From Candidatus Omnitrophota bacterium (GTDB lineage: Bacteria; Omnitrophota; Gorgyraeia; 2-01-FULL-45-10), in contig JAQVUX010000002.1 in NCBI GenBank assembly GCA_028699255.1, forward strand, positions 173,875-237,874: a DNA stretch of 64,000 nt, read 5' to 3'. How positions within the stretch are numbered: position 1 is the first letter of the stretch; each line of letters starts with the position of its first letter. A model generated the notes under the pieces. It was not told the origin of the DNA. It made no database searches and saw only the letters and a program-made list of their open reading frames with translations. The position numbers and the translations under genes were made by a program. Below, in pieces: positions 29,502 through 39,279 of this stretch.

Positions 29502-30479
29502 ATGACGATAGATAAGACACAGGTTAAGCGTATCCTGGTCATTACCCTCAGCAATGTCGGCGATATCATTCTTACTACGCCCGTCGTGGAAGCGCTCGCG
29601 AAGGAGTTTCCCGGTTGCAGGATAGACGTTATGGTTGGCCCGCAGGGTAAGGAGATTTTCGCCAAAGACCCCCGCGTATTCAAAGTAATAATATACGACA
29701 AGCACCTGCCGATAATGCAGAAGAGGCGTCTGCAGTTAAAACTCAAGAAATTGCGTTACGACCTGGTTGTCGATATCCGGAATACGGTATTCCCGCTTCT
29801 TATCGGCCCGAAATACAGAACCGCGACGATACAGCGTTTCCCGCGGCATATATTGCACAGCAGAAAACGCCATCTGTACCGCCTCCAGTCTATCGGCATC
29901 GACAGGATGGAGGAGCTTCCTTATATACATATTACTAAAGAAGACGAAGGTCACGTGGTCGGGATGCTGAAGGCTAAAGGTATTGTCGATCCCATAGTGG
30001 TTATAAATGCCGGAGCGAAGAGTCATCTCAAGCGATGGACTGCCGCGGGTTTTGCCGAAGTAGCCGACAATATTATATCGCGGTGCGCGGCGAGCGTCGT
30101 CTTTGTCGGGTTAAAAGAGGACGAGGTAATAGTCGGCGAGATCATTTCAAAGATGAAAAATAAGCCTTATAATCTCGTGGGGCATACGAATATCAGACAG
30201 CTCGCCGGACTTCTGAAGCACTCAAAGCTCCTCATAACCAATGACAGCGCGCCCCTCCATCTGGCCTGCGCGGTCGGAGTAAAGGTGGTGGCGCTCTTCG
30301 GGCCGACCGATCCGCGCAGATACGGCCCGACGGGCGAGTTCGATGTTGTCGTGAAGGAGAGGCTCTCCTGCGCGCCGTGCGAGAGCGCCGAGTGCGTCCG
30401 TAATTACGAATGCATGAAATTGATAACTCCGGATGCGGTTTTTGACGCCGCGAAGATGCTGTTGGAGGGGTATGAGTAG
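29502..30479 (+). CDS. GT9 glycosyltransferase (LPS heptosyltransferase family)
   Basis: 325 aa; ILVITLSNVGDIILTTP and NDSAPLHLACAVGVKVVALFGPTDP. Confidence 0.8.
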   Translation: MTIDKTQVKRILVITLSNVGDIILTTPVVEALAKEFPGCRIDVMVGPQGKEIFAKDPRVFKVIIYDKHLPIMQKRRLQLKLKKLRYDLVVDIRNTVFPLLIGPKYRTATIQRFPRHILHSRKRHLYRLQSIGIDRMEELPYIHITKEDEGHVVGMLKAKGIVDPIVVINAGAKSHLKRWTAAGFAEVADNIISRCAASVVFVGLKEDEVIVGEIISKMKNKPYNLVGHTNIRQLAGLLKHSKLLITNDSAPLHLACAVGVKVVALFGPTDPRRYGPTGEFDVVVKERLSCAPCESAECVRNYECMKLITPDAVFDAAKMLLEGYE

Positions 30480-31548
30480 AGATAAAAGAGAAAAGATAAA
30501 AGAGGAAAGCAAAAAGCCCGAGACCAAGAGAGTGCTTATCGTGCGGCTCGATAGGATAGGCGACGTTCTTCTCTCGACACCCGTTATAAAAGCGGTGCGC
30601 GGTATATGCCCGAATGCTCACATCGCGTTCATGGCCAGGCGCCACGCGATAGATATTCTCAAAGGTAATCCTTATCTTGACGAGGTCATAGTATACGAAA
30701 AATCAGGGCGGGAGAAGGGGTTTCTGCGTAATATGCGGTTTATACGCAAGCTCCGGCGGAAAAAATTCGACATAGCGTTGATACTGCATCCTACAAAAAG
30801 AACGCATCTTATCGTTTCGATGGCAGGTATTCCTGAGAGAGTCGGGTATAACAGGAAGTGGGGCTTTCTTTTGACTACTCGCATACCGCATACCAAGCAG
30901 TACGGGTTGAAACACGAGATCGATTATGCGTTGGATCTTCTGCGCTATACGGGGCTCGACGCTAAAGAGAGGACGATGTATATGCCCATCGATGCCGTCG
31001 CTGAGCGTCATGTAGATGAGATGCTTGAAGATAGCGGCATAAAAAAAGGCGACGTATGCATTGCCATAAATCCGGCCGCCAGCTGTGTTTCGAAGATATG
31101 GGGCGCGGATAAATTTGCCGGGGCCGCGGATATATTGAATGAAAAATATGGAGCGAAGATAGTGGTGGTCGCCGGATGTGCGGACAAGGCGCGGGGTGAT
31201 AAGGTGGCCGCGCTTATGAAAAGCGGTTGCGTGAACCTTTCGGGTAAAACGAGCATTGCGGAACTCGCGAGCCTCCTGCGAAGAGTGAAGTTATTTATCT
31301 CCAATGACTCCGGGCCGGTGCATATAGCGTGTGCCGTAGGCACGCCGGTTGTGGCGGTATTCGGCAGGAGCGACAGGGGGCTATCTCCGCGGCGCTGGGG
31401 GCCGACGGGCGTACGCGATATCGTGTTGCATAAGGATGTGGGTTGCGATGAGTGCCTGGCGCACAATTGCAAGCTCGGTTTTAAATGCCTCGAAGCGGTA
31501 ACCGTCGATGAAGTACTCGCGGCGGCGGCTAAGATACTGGGGAGGTAA
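30472..31548 (+). CDS. GT9 glycosyltransferase (LPS heptosyltransferase family)
   Basis: Start at ATG 30472 (ATGAGTAG overlap with the upstream stop); VLIVRLDRIGDVLLSTP and NDSGPVHIACAVGTPVVAVFG. Confidence 0.8.
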   Translation: MSRDKREKIKEESKKPETKRVLIVRLDRIGDVLLSTPVIKAVRGICPNAHIAFMARRHAIDILKGNPYLDEVIVYEKSGREKGFLRNMRFIRKLRRKKFDIALILHPTKRTHLIVSMAGIPERVGYNRKWGFLLTTRIPHTKQYGLKHEIDYALDLLRYTGLDAKERTMYMPIDAVAERHVDEMLEDSGIKKGDVCIAINPAASCVSKIWGADKFAGAADILNEKYGAKIVVVAGCADKARGDKVAALMKSGCVNLSGKTSIAELASLLRRVKLFISNDSGPVHIACAVGTPVVAVFGRSDRGLSPRRWGPTGVRDIVLHKDVGCDECLAHNCKLGFKCLEAVTVDEVLAAAAKILGR

Positions 31549-31577
31549 AAATTGCGTATGGATGGAGGCATATAAAC

Positions 31578-31608
31578 AAAAAAGACTCGCTCTTTGCGGG
31601 TCTTTTTC
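31578..31608 (+). terminator. intrinsic terminator-like hairpin (AAAAAGACTCGC-tcttt-GCGGGTCTTTTT), potentially bidirectional
   Basis: An 11-12 bp stem with one mismatch, an A-tract 5' and a T-tract 3'; lies directly after the glycosyltransferase operon and before a 213-nt gap. Confidence 0.5.
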
Positions 31609-31761
31609 GGAGGTGATAGGCCTCAATGGCTTTCGCTATCGTTCCCTCTCGTGTTACAATTATAGTATAACACATAAAATATAAAAAAGCAAGCTCATCC
31701 CCAAATTTTCTAACCCGGGGAGGAATCCTCGGCACAATCGAGGCTCTACGACAGGAAAAAT

Positions 31762-32835
31762 ATGAAACTAGGATTGATAGGATTACCGCAGACAGGCAAG
31801 AAGACGCTTTTCGAACTGCTCACAAATCACAAACCATCCGAGAAAGAGATCATTTCGGCCAAGCCTATCAAAGGCATAGCCGAGATAAAGGATCCGCGTT
31901 TCGATAATCTCGTAACGATATACAAGCCGAAGAAAGACGTCAGGGCAAGGATCGACATAGAGACTCTTCCCAAAATAGAGAAGGATACGATCGCCAAGGG
32001 TGAGATATTCGCGGACATAAATGAACTTGATGCCGTCTGTCATATAGTGCGCGCATTTCAGGACGACACCGTGTACCACGTCGACGGATCCGTCGATCCA
32101 AAGCGCGATATCGATTTCGTCAATTCCGAGCTGATACTTCATGACCTCATATTTATCGAAAAACGCCTCGAACGGCTCGACCAGAAAATAAAGCAAACCA
32201 AAGAAGAGGCGTCGATAAAAGAGAAAGAGGTGCTTGTAAAATTAAAAACCCACCTCGACAAGACACTGCCTTTGCGTCTTTTGGACTTGAGCGCGGATGA
32301 GAAAAAGCTAATATCGAGCTATCCTTTTGTAACGCTTAAAGAGATGATAATCGTATTGAATGTTTCGGAGGATGGTTTAAAAGATACGGACGTTGTAAAG
32401 AAGTTTGCCGTCGAGCTTGCGCCGCTAAAGATCGACGTGATGCAGGTTTCGGCTAAGGTGGAAAAAGAAATAGCGGCGTTTGAGTCGGACGATGAGAAGA
32501 AGGAATTCATGGGCGCCCTCGGTATAAACGAGAGCGCTGTAAGCGTTCTCACGCGTGTCTGCATAAAAGCGCTGAGCCTTATATCTTTCTTCACGGTCGG
32601 AACCGATGAGGTGCGGCAGTGGCTTGTGAAGAAAGGCTCGTCGGCGCCTGAGGCCGCGGGGGCGATACATTCCGACCTTCAGAAAGGTTTCATACGGGCG
32701 GAATGCATGAAATACGCGGACCTTGTCGCGCTCGGCGGCGAAGACAAGGTGAAAGAGGCCGGCAAGTATTACCTTAAAGGCAAGGATTATACCGTCGAAG
32801 ACGGAGATATTATAAACATACGGTTTAATGTATAA
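31762..32835 (+). CDS. ychF: ribosome-binding ATPase YchF (Obg-like)
   Basis: 357 aa; GLIGLPQTGKKTLF G1 motif and C-terminal TGS domain. Confidence 0.85.
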   Translation: MKLGLIGLPQTGKKTLFELLTNHKPSEKEIISAKPIKGIAEIKDPRFDNLVTIYKPKKDVRARIDIETLPKIEKDTIAKGEIFADINELDAVCHIVRAFQDDTVYHVDGSVDPKRDIDFVNSELILHDLIFIEKRLERLDQKIKQTKEEASIKEKEVLVKLKTHLDKTLPLRLLDLSADEKKLISSYPFVTLKEMIIVLNVSEDGLKDTDVVKKFAVELAPLKIDVMQVSAKVEKEIAAFESDDEKKEFMGALGINESAVSVLTRVCIKALSLISFFTVGTDEVRQWLVKKGSSAPEAAGAIHSDLQKGFIRAECMKYADLVALGGEDKVKEAGKYYLKGKDYTVEDGDIINIRFNV

Positions 32836-32849
32836 GGAGAAGATGGTAT

Positions 32850-33314
32850 ATGTTGTCAAAAGAACTATTGAACCTTTTCGATAAACGGGAGTTCATTGGT
32901 GTGGCGACGTGCGATTTTAAAGGACATCCAACCGCGGCGCCTAAATTCATTCTCAAAGTAGAGAGTGGCCGCATCTATCTGGTCGATTATACGATAAGCA
33001 AAACCTGGGAAAATCTTAAGACGAACCCAAGGATATCGATGTCGCTTATCGATCCCATGACATTAAAAGGTTATCAGGTTAACGGTAACGTGAAGATATT
33101 GTCAAAAGGTAAGCTTTATAAGAAACTGTGTGAAGAGATGACCGATAAAGAAGTGCGACTTACCGCCCAGCATATCATCGATGAAGTCAGGGGCAATCCC
33201 GCGCATGAGACGTTCGAGATACTGATGAACGAGAGGTTCGTTATATTTGAAGTTACGGTGGGTGAAGTTGTTGAGCTGGATATACAAGGTAAGATCAAGC
33301 GCAGTAAAAAATAG
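32850..33314 (+). CDS. pyridoxamine-5'-phosphate-oxidase-like FMN-binding split-barrel protein
   Basis: 154 aa; weak family-level resemblance only. Confidence 0.4.
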   Translation: MLSKELLNLFDKREFIGVATCDFKGHPTAAPKFILKVESGRIYLVDYTISKTWENLKTNPRISMSLIDPMTLKGYQVNGNVKILSKGKLYKKLCEEMTDKEVRLTAQHIIDEVRGNPAHETFEILMNERFVIFEVTVGEVVELDIQGKIKRSKK

Positions 33315-33364
33315 TGGCGTATAAGTAACATTCATGATAAAATTATAGTTTTGAGGGAAAATAT

Positions 33365-34303
33365 ATGACCAGACAAAGGGTGGACCTTACAAAGATAAAG
33401 ACGATACCGCTTAACGCCAGGAAATGCAAGGTGTCCACAAAGGAATTTGCAAAAATTGGCCGTAAGGGCGCATCTTTTAAAGATTTTTATGATTCCATGC
33501 CCGATGTGCTTGCGAGCCGGAATCTTCACGCGCTCGTCGACAGGATAGTCGGCGCATACCGGAAAAAGAAGATGATTATACTCATGATGGGCGCGCACGT
33601 CATAAAGTGCGGCCTTTCGCCGCTTGTTATCGACCTGATGAAGCGCGGCGTGATAAAAGCCGTCGCTCTCAACGGTGCCGGCATGATTCACGATACTGAA
33701 ATAGCGATGATAGGCAGGACGAGCGAAGACGTCGGCGAGGGTATACTCGACGGTTCTTTCGGCATGGCGAAAGAGACGGCCGGTTTTATTAATGGCGCGA
33801 TAAACGACGGTTTCCAGGAAGGCATCGGCATAGGTGAAGCCCTGGGAGAGCATGTAACAAAAGCGCGTCTGCCATATCGTAATTTCAGCATACTCGCTAC
33901 GGGCTACCAACTGAATATCCCCGTTACCGTGCACGTGGCCATCGGCACAGACATCGTGCATCAGCATCCGTCCGCGAACGGCGAGGCAATCGGCGAGGGA
34001 TCGCTTCTCGATTTCCGGAACTTCATCTACAGTGTCGGCTCACTCGAGGGCGGAGTCGCGATCAATTTTGGCTCCGCGGTAATATTGCCCGAAGTTTTTT
34101 TGAAGGCGCTTACCGTAGCGCGCAATCTTGACTATAAGCCGAACATATTTACTGCGGCTAATTTCGATATGATAAATCAGTACAGGCCCCACCAGAATAT
34201 ACTCTCGAGGCCGACCTCGATGGGCGGCAAAGGTTACAATATTATCGGTCATCATGAAATAATGTTCCCGTTCCTGTACCATTCTATAATAGGAAAGATA
34301 TAA
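33365..34303 (+). CDS. deoxyhypusine-synthase-like protein
   Basis: 312 aa; MMGAHVIKCGLSPLVIDLMKRGVIKAVALNGAGMIHDTE resembles the DHS nucleotide-binding core; assignment is tentative. Confidence 0.35.
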   Translation: MTRQRVDLTKIKTIPLNARKCKVSTKEFAKIGRKGASFKDFYDSMPDVLASRNLHALVDRIVGAYRKKKMIILMMGAHVIKCGLSPLVIDLMKRGVIKAVALNGAGMIHDTEIAMIGRTSEDVGEGILDGSFGMAKETAGFINGAINDGFQEGIGIGEALGEHVTKARLPYRNFSILATGYQLNIPVTVHVAIGTDIVHQHPSANGEAIGEGSLLDFRNFIYSVGSLEGGVAINFGSAVILPEVFLKALTVARNLDYKPNIFTAANFDMINQYRPHQNILSRPTSMGGKGYNIIGHHEIMFPFLYHSIIGKI

Positions 34304-34305
34304 AA

Positions 34306-35307
34306 ATGCAGAAGATGGGTTTTGGCGGAATAAAGAACACGATAAAGAATTTTAAGAACGCCAGGGTGCTCGTAGTCGGCGATCTCATATTGGACGAATT
34401 TTTATGGGGGGACGTTTCCAGGATATCGCCGGAAGCGCCCGTTCCGGTCGTCTGGGTAAAGAAGGAGAGCTTCATGCCCGGCGGCGCGTCGAATGTCGCC
34501 AACAACTTAAGTTCGCTGGGCGCGGAAGTGTACCTGGCGGGTGTCGTCGGGGACGACGAACGCGGTTCGATACTCAGGGGGGAACTTGAGCAAAAAGGCG
34601 TAAATACGGCAGGCATCATCACAGATAGTTCGCGTCCTACGATACTAAAGACGCGCGTTGTCGCTCAGCATCAGCAGGTTGTAAGGATCGACAAAGAAAG
34701 AATCGACCCGCTGGGCGCCAATATCGTAGCGTCGCTGATTCGCTATATCGAAGGTGTGATAAAGGATATCGACGCGATAATAATCGAAGACTACGGCAAG
34801 GGCGTCATAACGCCGGCATTATTGAGCCGGATAGTGCCGTTGGCGAAAAAACATAAAAAGATAATTTCCGTAGATCCGAAAGAAGAGCATTTCAAATATT
34901 ATAGGGGCATAAGTGTCATTACCCCGAACAACCATGAAGCTTCAAAAGCCGTAGGATTTAAGATAAAAGATGAGGCGACTCTTGTTAAGGCGGGGCACGC
35001 TCTTTTAACGAAGATCGGATGCAGGATAGCGCTTATAACGCTTGGGGAGCACGGTATGGCCGTATTCCAAAAGGCCAAACCGATGAAACATATACCGACG
35101 GTGGCCCAGGAGGTATTCGACGTATCCGGAGCCGGCGATACCGTTATAGCAAGCTACACGCTTTCCCTTGCCGCGGGGGCGGACCCGATAATGGCGGCGC
35201 ACATAGCGAATTGCGCGGGCGGGATCGTTGTGGGCAAGGTCGGTATTGCCGTGGTAACGCCGGACGAACTTTTAGCGAGAATAAAAATAGAATTGAATAA
35301 AAAATAA
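34306..35307 (+). CDS. D-glycero-beta-D-manno-heptose-7-phosphate kinase (PfkB family, HldE domain I / HldA type)
   Basis: 333 aa; VLVVGDLILDEF.WGDVSRISPEAPVPVV ... GGASNVANNL and a C-terminal DVSGAGDT anion hole. Confidence 0.75.
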   Translation: MQKMGFGGIKNTIKNFKNARVLVVGDLILDEFLWGDVSRISPEAPVPVVWVKKESFMPGGASNVANNLSSLGAEVYLAGVVGDDERGSILRGELEQKGVNTAGIITDSSRPTILKTRVVAQHQQVVRIDKERIDPLGANIVASLIRYIEGVIKDIDAIIIEDYGKGVITPALLSRIVPLAKKHKKIISVDPKEEHFKYYRGISVITPNNHEASKAVGFKIKDEATLVKAGHALLTKIGCRIALITLGEHGMAVFQKAKPMKHIPTVAQEVFDVSGAGDTVIASYTLSLAAGADPIMAAHIANCAGGIVVGKVGIAVVTPDELLARIKIELNKK

Positions 35308-35320
35308 AGGAGTAGCGATA

Positions 35321-36091
35321 GTGAAAGTAATAGGAGTGATACCGGCCCGCTGGGGCGCGACGAGATTCGAAGGTAAAGTGCTTGCCAACCTTCTGGGTAA
35401 ACCCGTAATACAACATGTCTGGGAGAACGCCAGGCGCGCCAAGACGCTCGACGAACTGATAGTCGCTTGCGACGACGAACGCATAATGAAGGTAGTGGAG
35501 GGCTTTGGAGGCAAAGCGGTATACACATCCCCCGATCAGCCGTCCGGCACCGACCGCTTGGCCGAGGTCGTCAATCCGATGGATGTCGACATCGCCGTCA
35601 ATATACAGGGCGACGAGCCGCTCATAAAGCCGATAATCATCGATAGTCTCGTCATCGCGCTCCAGGACGAGAAGGTGGCCCAGATGGCTACGGTCATAAA
35701 GAAGATAGAGGATACCGCTGAGCTTACCAACTCAAACGTGGTCAAGGTAGTGATAGATAAGAACGGTTACGCCATATATTTTTCGCGTTACGCTATTCCA
35801 TATAACAGGACAGGCGAGGTCGATGAGGCGAAGCGGCCCGTCTACTACAAACATATCGGGCTATACGCGTTTACCAAGGATTTTCTTTTCACGTTCCGGA
35901 ATCTGCCGAATTCCTCGCTCGAAAATGCCGAAAAACTCGAGCAATTGAGAGTTATTGAGAATGGTTACAAGATAAAAGTAGTAGAAACGAAGCTGGACAC
36001 TATAGGCATAGACCGTTCCGAAGACCTGAAGAGAGCCGAGCAGGCTCTTCTCAAAGACCGGGAGACAGAGAAGACGAATGAAAGAAGTTAG
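35321..36091 (+). CDS. kdsB: 3-deoxy-manno-octulosonate cytidylyltransferase
   Basis: 256 aa; [18 protein letters not shown] and DRLAE motifs; GTG start after AAGGAG. Confidence 0.9.
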   Translation: MKVIGVIPARWGATRFEGKVLANLLGKPVIQHVWENARRAKTLDELIVACDDERIMKVVEGFGGKAVYTSPDQPSGTDRLAEVVNPMDVDIAVNIQGDEPLIKPIIIDSLVIALQDEKVAQMATVIKKIEDTAELTNSNVVKVVIDKNGYAIYFSRYAIPYNRTGEVDEAKRPVYYKHIGLYAFTKDFLFTFRNLPNSSLENAEKLEQLRVIENGYKIKVVETKLDTIGIDRSEDLKRAEQALLKDRETEKTNERS

Positions 36092-36893
36092 CGTCGGTAA
36101 TATCAGAATAGGCGGGCATAATCCATTTGTCTTGATAGCCGGGCCTTGCGTTATTGAGTCGGAGGCCGGAGCTATGCGTCATGCCAGGGCTCTTCGTTCC
36201 CTGACAGGGCGGATGGGCATACCGTTTATATATAAATCGAGTTACGATAAGGCAAACAGAACTTCCGCAGATTCATTTCGCGGCCCGGGTTTCAAAAAAG
36301 GGCTCGCGATACTCAGGAAAGTCAAAGATGAGCTGGGAGTGGCCGTACTCGCGGACGTGCATTGCAAGTCTGAAGTGAAAGAGGCCGCGAAGGTGCTTGA
36401 CATAATACAGATACCGGCGTTTCTTTCGCGCCAGACGGATCTTTTAAAGATGGCCGCGGAGACCGGCAAGGTAGTAAATATAAAGAAGGGGCAATTTCTT
36501 GCGCCCTGGGACATGAAGAACGTTATTAAAAAAATAGAGTCCGCCGGCAATAAGAATATCCTTCTTACCGAGCGCGGCGTAAGTTTCGGTTACAATAATC
36601 TGGTTAGCGATTTCCGCTCGATATTGATAATGAAAGGTTTCGGCTATCCTGTTATTTACGACGCGACGCATTCGGTACAGATGCCCGGCGGCCTGGGCGA
36701 CAAGTCCGGCGGAGAGAGGGCGTACGTGCCATATCTTTCGTCGGCGGCGATAGCGTGCGGGGCGGATGGTATATTCATGGAGGTTCACGAAGATCCGGAC
36801 AATGCGCCAAGCGACGGGCCGAATATGGTAAGGCTCGACGAGCTTGAAGATATTTTAATGAAATTGAAAAGAATAGCGAAAGCGGTTAAATAG
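36078..36893 (+). CDS. kdsA: 2-dehydro-3-deoxyphosphooctonate aldolase (Kdo8P synthase)
   Basis: 271 aa; [12 protein letters not shown] and DATHSVQ motifs. Confidence 0.9.
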   Translation: MKEVSVGNIRIGGHNPFVLIAGPCVIESEAGAMRHARALRSLTGRMGIPFIYKSSYDKANRTSADSFRGPGFKKGLAILRKVKDELGVAVLADVHCKSEVKEAAKVLDIIQIPAFLSRQTDLLKMAAETGKVVNIKKGQFLAPWDMKNVIKKIESAGNKNILLTERGVSFGYNNLVSDFRSILIMKGFGYPVIYDATHSVQMPGGLGDKSGGERAYVPYLSSAAIACGADGIFMEVHEDPDNAPSDGPNMVRLDELEDILMKLKRIAKAVK

Positions 36894-36900
36894 GCGGGAT

Positions 36901-37860
36901 ATGTCGAAAAATATAGCTAAAGACGTTTTAAAAATAGAACGCGACGCCCTGACGGTTTTGATCGGCAGGATAGGCCCGGATTTTGACAGGATAATAAACG
37001 CGATATGCAAAACCAGGGGGCGGATAATAGTTACCGGTATGGGCAAACCCGGTTTTATCGCCCAGAAGATATCCGCCACCATGTCTTCTACGGGTACGCC
37101 GTCTTTGTATCTTCATCCGGCGGAGGCGCTACATGGCGACCTCGGGCGCGTTACTAAAGAAGACATGATAATCGCGCTTTCCAATAGCGGAGAGACCGAA
37201 GAAATAGTGAAGCTTTTACCGATCATAAAAAAGATCGGCGCGAAGCTGATAGCGGTAACCGGCAATGTCCGCTCTACCCTCGGCAGGTTTGCCGACCACT
37301 CGATAGATGTTTCCGTGAAGAGAGAGGCGTGCTCTCTGGGTCTGGCGCCGACGACATCCACGACCGCGATGCTGGCGATGGGTGATGCCATAGCGGTAGC
37401 GCTTTTGGAGAAGAAGGGTTTTAAGGAAAAGGACTTCGCGCTATTCCATCCGGGCGGGATACTCGGTAAGCGGCTCATATTGACCGTGTCGGATATCATG
37501 AGAAAAGCCAACGCCAATCCTGTCGTCGGAGAAAATACGCCGGTCAAGCGGGTGCTCGTCGCAATAACAAATGCGCGCGCCGGGTCCGCAAGCGTAGTCG
37601 ACGCTAAGGGCAAGCTTGTCGGGATATTCACGGACGGGGATTTGAGGCGGCATGTGGAGCGTGACGAACGGCTCATCGACAGAAAAGTTAAAGATGTGAT
37701 GACGAAAAATCCCACAACCATAACCAAAGACAGGCTGGCCGCGGAAGCATTTGATATCTTGCGGTCGAAAAGGATAGATGAGCTTCCGGTCGTTGATGAG
37801 TTTAATCGGCCCATAGGCCTGCTCGACGTCCAGGATCTTTTAAAGGCCGGGCTCGTATGA
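36901..37860 (+). CDS. kdsD: arabinose-5-phosphate isomerase (SIS plus tandem CBS)
   Basis: 319 aa; SIS domain (GRIIVTGMGKPG, SNSGETEE) followed by CBS pairs. Confidence 0.85.
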   Translation: MSKNIAKDVLKIERDALTVLIGRIGPDFDRIINAICKTRGRIIVTGMGKPGFIAQKISATMSSTGTPSLYLHPAEALHGDLGRVTKEDMIIALSNSGETEEIVKLLPIIKKIGAKLIAVTGNVRSTLGRFADHSIDVSVKREACSLGLAPTTSTTAMLAMGDAIAVALLEKKGFKEKDFALFHPGGILGKRLILTVSDIMRKANANPVVGENTPVKRVLVAITNARAGSASVVDAKGKLVGIFTDGDLRRHVERDERLIDRKVKDVMTKNPTTITKDRLAAEAFDILRSKRIDELPVVDEFNRPIGLLDVQDLLKAGLV

Positions 37861-38387
37861 TACCAAACGATATTTTAAAAAAGGCCGCACGCGTTAAAGT
37901 TCTGGTAGTCGATATCGACGGTGTCATGACGGACGGCCGTATCGTGTACAGCGGTTACGGCGAGGAGCTTAAATTTTTTGACGTGCAGGACGGTTTTGGC
38001 ATAACGCTTTTGCGCAGAGCGGGTATCGGGACGGTGATAATCACCGCGAAGAAGTCGAAGATCGTCAAGCACCGTGCGCGTGATCTTAAAGTCGCCAGGG
38101 CGTACCAGGGTTTTATCGATAAACTCATCCCGTTTAATCAGATGCTGAAACAGCTCGCGGTCTCTCCTGAGGAGGTATGTTTTATCGGTGACGACCTTAT
38201 CGACATTCCTGTCTTGAAACGTGTCGGGTTTGCCGTCGCGGTTCCAAACGCGATGGAAGAAGTCAAAGTCGTCGCGCATCATGTTACCTCGAAGGTCGGC
38301 GGCCGCGGAGCAGTCCGCGAGATCTGCGATCTCATCCTCAAGTCCCAGGACAAGTGGGACCTTGCCACATCCAAATATTTTTTATGA
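37857..38387 (+). CDS. kdsC: Kdo-8-phosphate phosphatase (HAD-IIIA)
   Basis: 176 aa; VLVVDIDGVMTDG and GDDLIDIPV HAD motifs. Confidence 0.8.
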   Translation: MIPNDILKKAARVKVLVVDIDGVMTDGRIVYSGYGEELKFFDVQDGFGITLLRRAGIGTVIITAKKSKIVKHRARDLKVARAYQGFIDKLIPFNQMLKQLAVSPEEVCFIGDDLIDIPVLKRVGFAVAVPNAMEEVKVVAHHVTSKVGGRGAVREICDLILKSQDKWDLATSKYFL

Positions 38388-39274
38388 AGTTTAAATTACG
38401 CAGATACTTTTTGTACTACATCGGCCGGGCGATCGCGTTTATTTTTACCGTCATCCCGCTTAAGGCCGGACTATCCATTGCGTCGGGGCTGGGCGCGTTC
38501 GCATTTTATATCCTCCCGCGATACAGGCGCCTGACGATAGATAACCTGAGATACGCGTTCGGCAGTGAAAAATCCGAAGCGGAGCTTGAGGCGATAGCCA
38601 GGCGCGTATTCCAGAACCTGGGCAAGAACTCCCTCGAGCTGGTAAACCTTCCGAAGTTTAACAAGAAGCGGATGGATAAGTTCGTCGGGTTCAGGAACCG
38701 CGAGCGGCTCGATAAGGCATACGAAAAAGGCAAAGGCGTAATAGTCCTGACGGCGCATTTCGGAAGCTGGGAGTTGATGGCCGCGGCGCTACGTGAAAAT
38801 AATTATCCCGGCGTTACGATAGGCCGGCGGATATATTTCAAAAAATACGATGATTTTTTGAACCAACTGCGCCGTTCGCGCGACGTCGAGGTCATATATC
38901 GCGATGAATCGCCGCGCAAGATGCTCAAGACTTTAAAGAAGAACTGGATCGTGGGGATCGTCGCGGATCAGGACGTGGATTCCGTGGAAGGCGTTTTCGT
39001 CAACTTCTTCGGCCGTCCAGCATATACGCCCGCAGGCCCTGTCGCGCTGGCGAGAGCAAGCGGCGCCGTTTTATTGCCCGTATTCATAATCCGCGAAGGC
39101 AATGGCCATACAATAGCGATCGATGAACCGGTCGAATTACGCGATACGGGCGACAGGGAAGCGGACCTAATTTATAATACCCAGAAATGGTCCGATGTGG
39201 TAGAATCTTACATACGGAAATATCCTGACCAGTGGGTGTGGATGCATCGCAGATGGAAGACCAGGAAGGCATAA
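38384..39274 (+). CDS. lipid A late acyltransferase (LpxL/HtrB family)
   Basis: Start at ATG 38384 (ATGA overlap with kdsC); N-terminal TM; HFGSWE acyltransferase motif and ADQD motif. Confidence 0.7.
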   Translation: MKFKLRRYFLYYIGRAIAFIFTVIPLKAGLSIASGLGAFAFYILPRYRRLTIDNLRYAFGSEKSEAELEAIARRVFQNLGKNSLELVNLPKFNKKRMDKFVGFRNRERLDKAYEKGKGVIVLTAHFGSWELMAAALRENNYPGVTIGRRIYFKKYDDFLNQLRRSRDVEVIYRDESPRKMLKTLKKNWIVGIVADQDVDSVEGVFVNFFGRPAYTPAGPVALARASGAVLLPVFIIREGNGHTIAIDEPVELRDTGDREADLIYNTQKWSDVVESYIRKYPDQWVWMHRRWKTRKA

Positions 39275-39279
39275 AGTTC

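Noticed and set aside
31549-31761. possible small RNA or operator in the 213-nt gap (6-bp inverted repeat GTGTTA-n11-TAACAC and GAGGA-a-TCCTC)
   Set aside because: The palindromes are short and occur at chance frequency in AT-rich DNA; only the terminator hairpin at 31578-31608 is well supported.
37113-37814. 233-aa minus-strand ORF
   Set aside because: Antisense to kdsD (SIS/CBS motifs on the + strand are clear).
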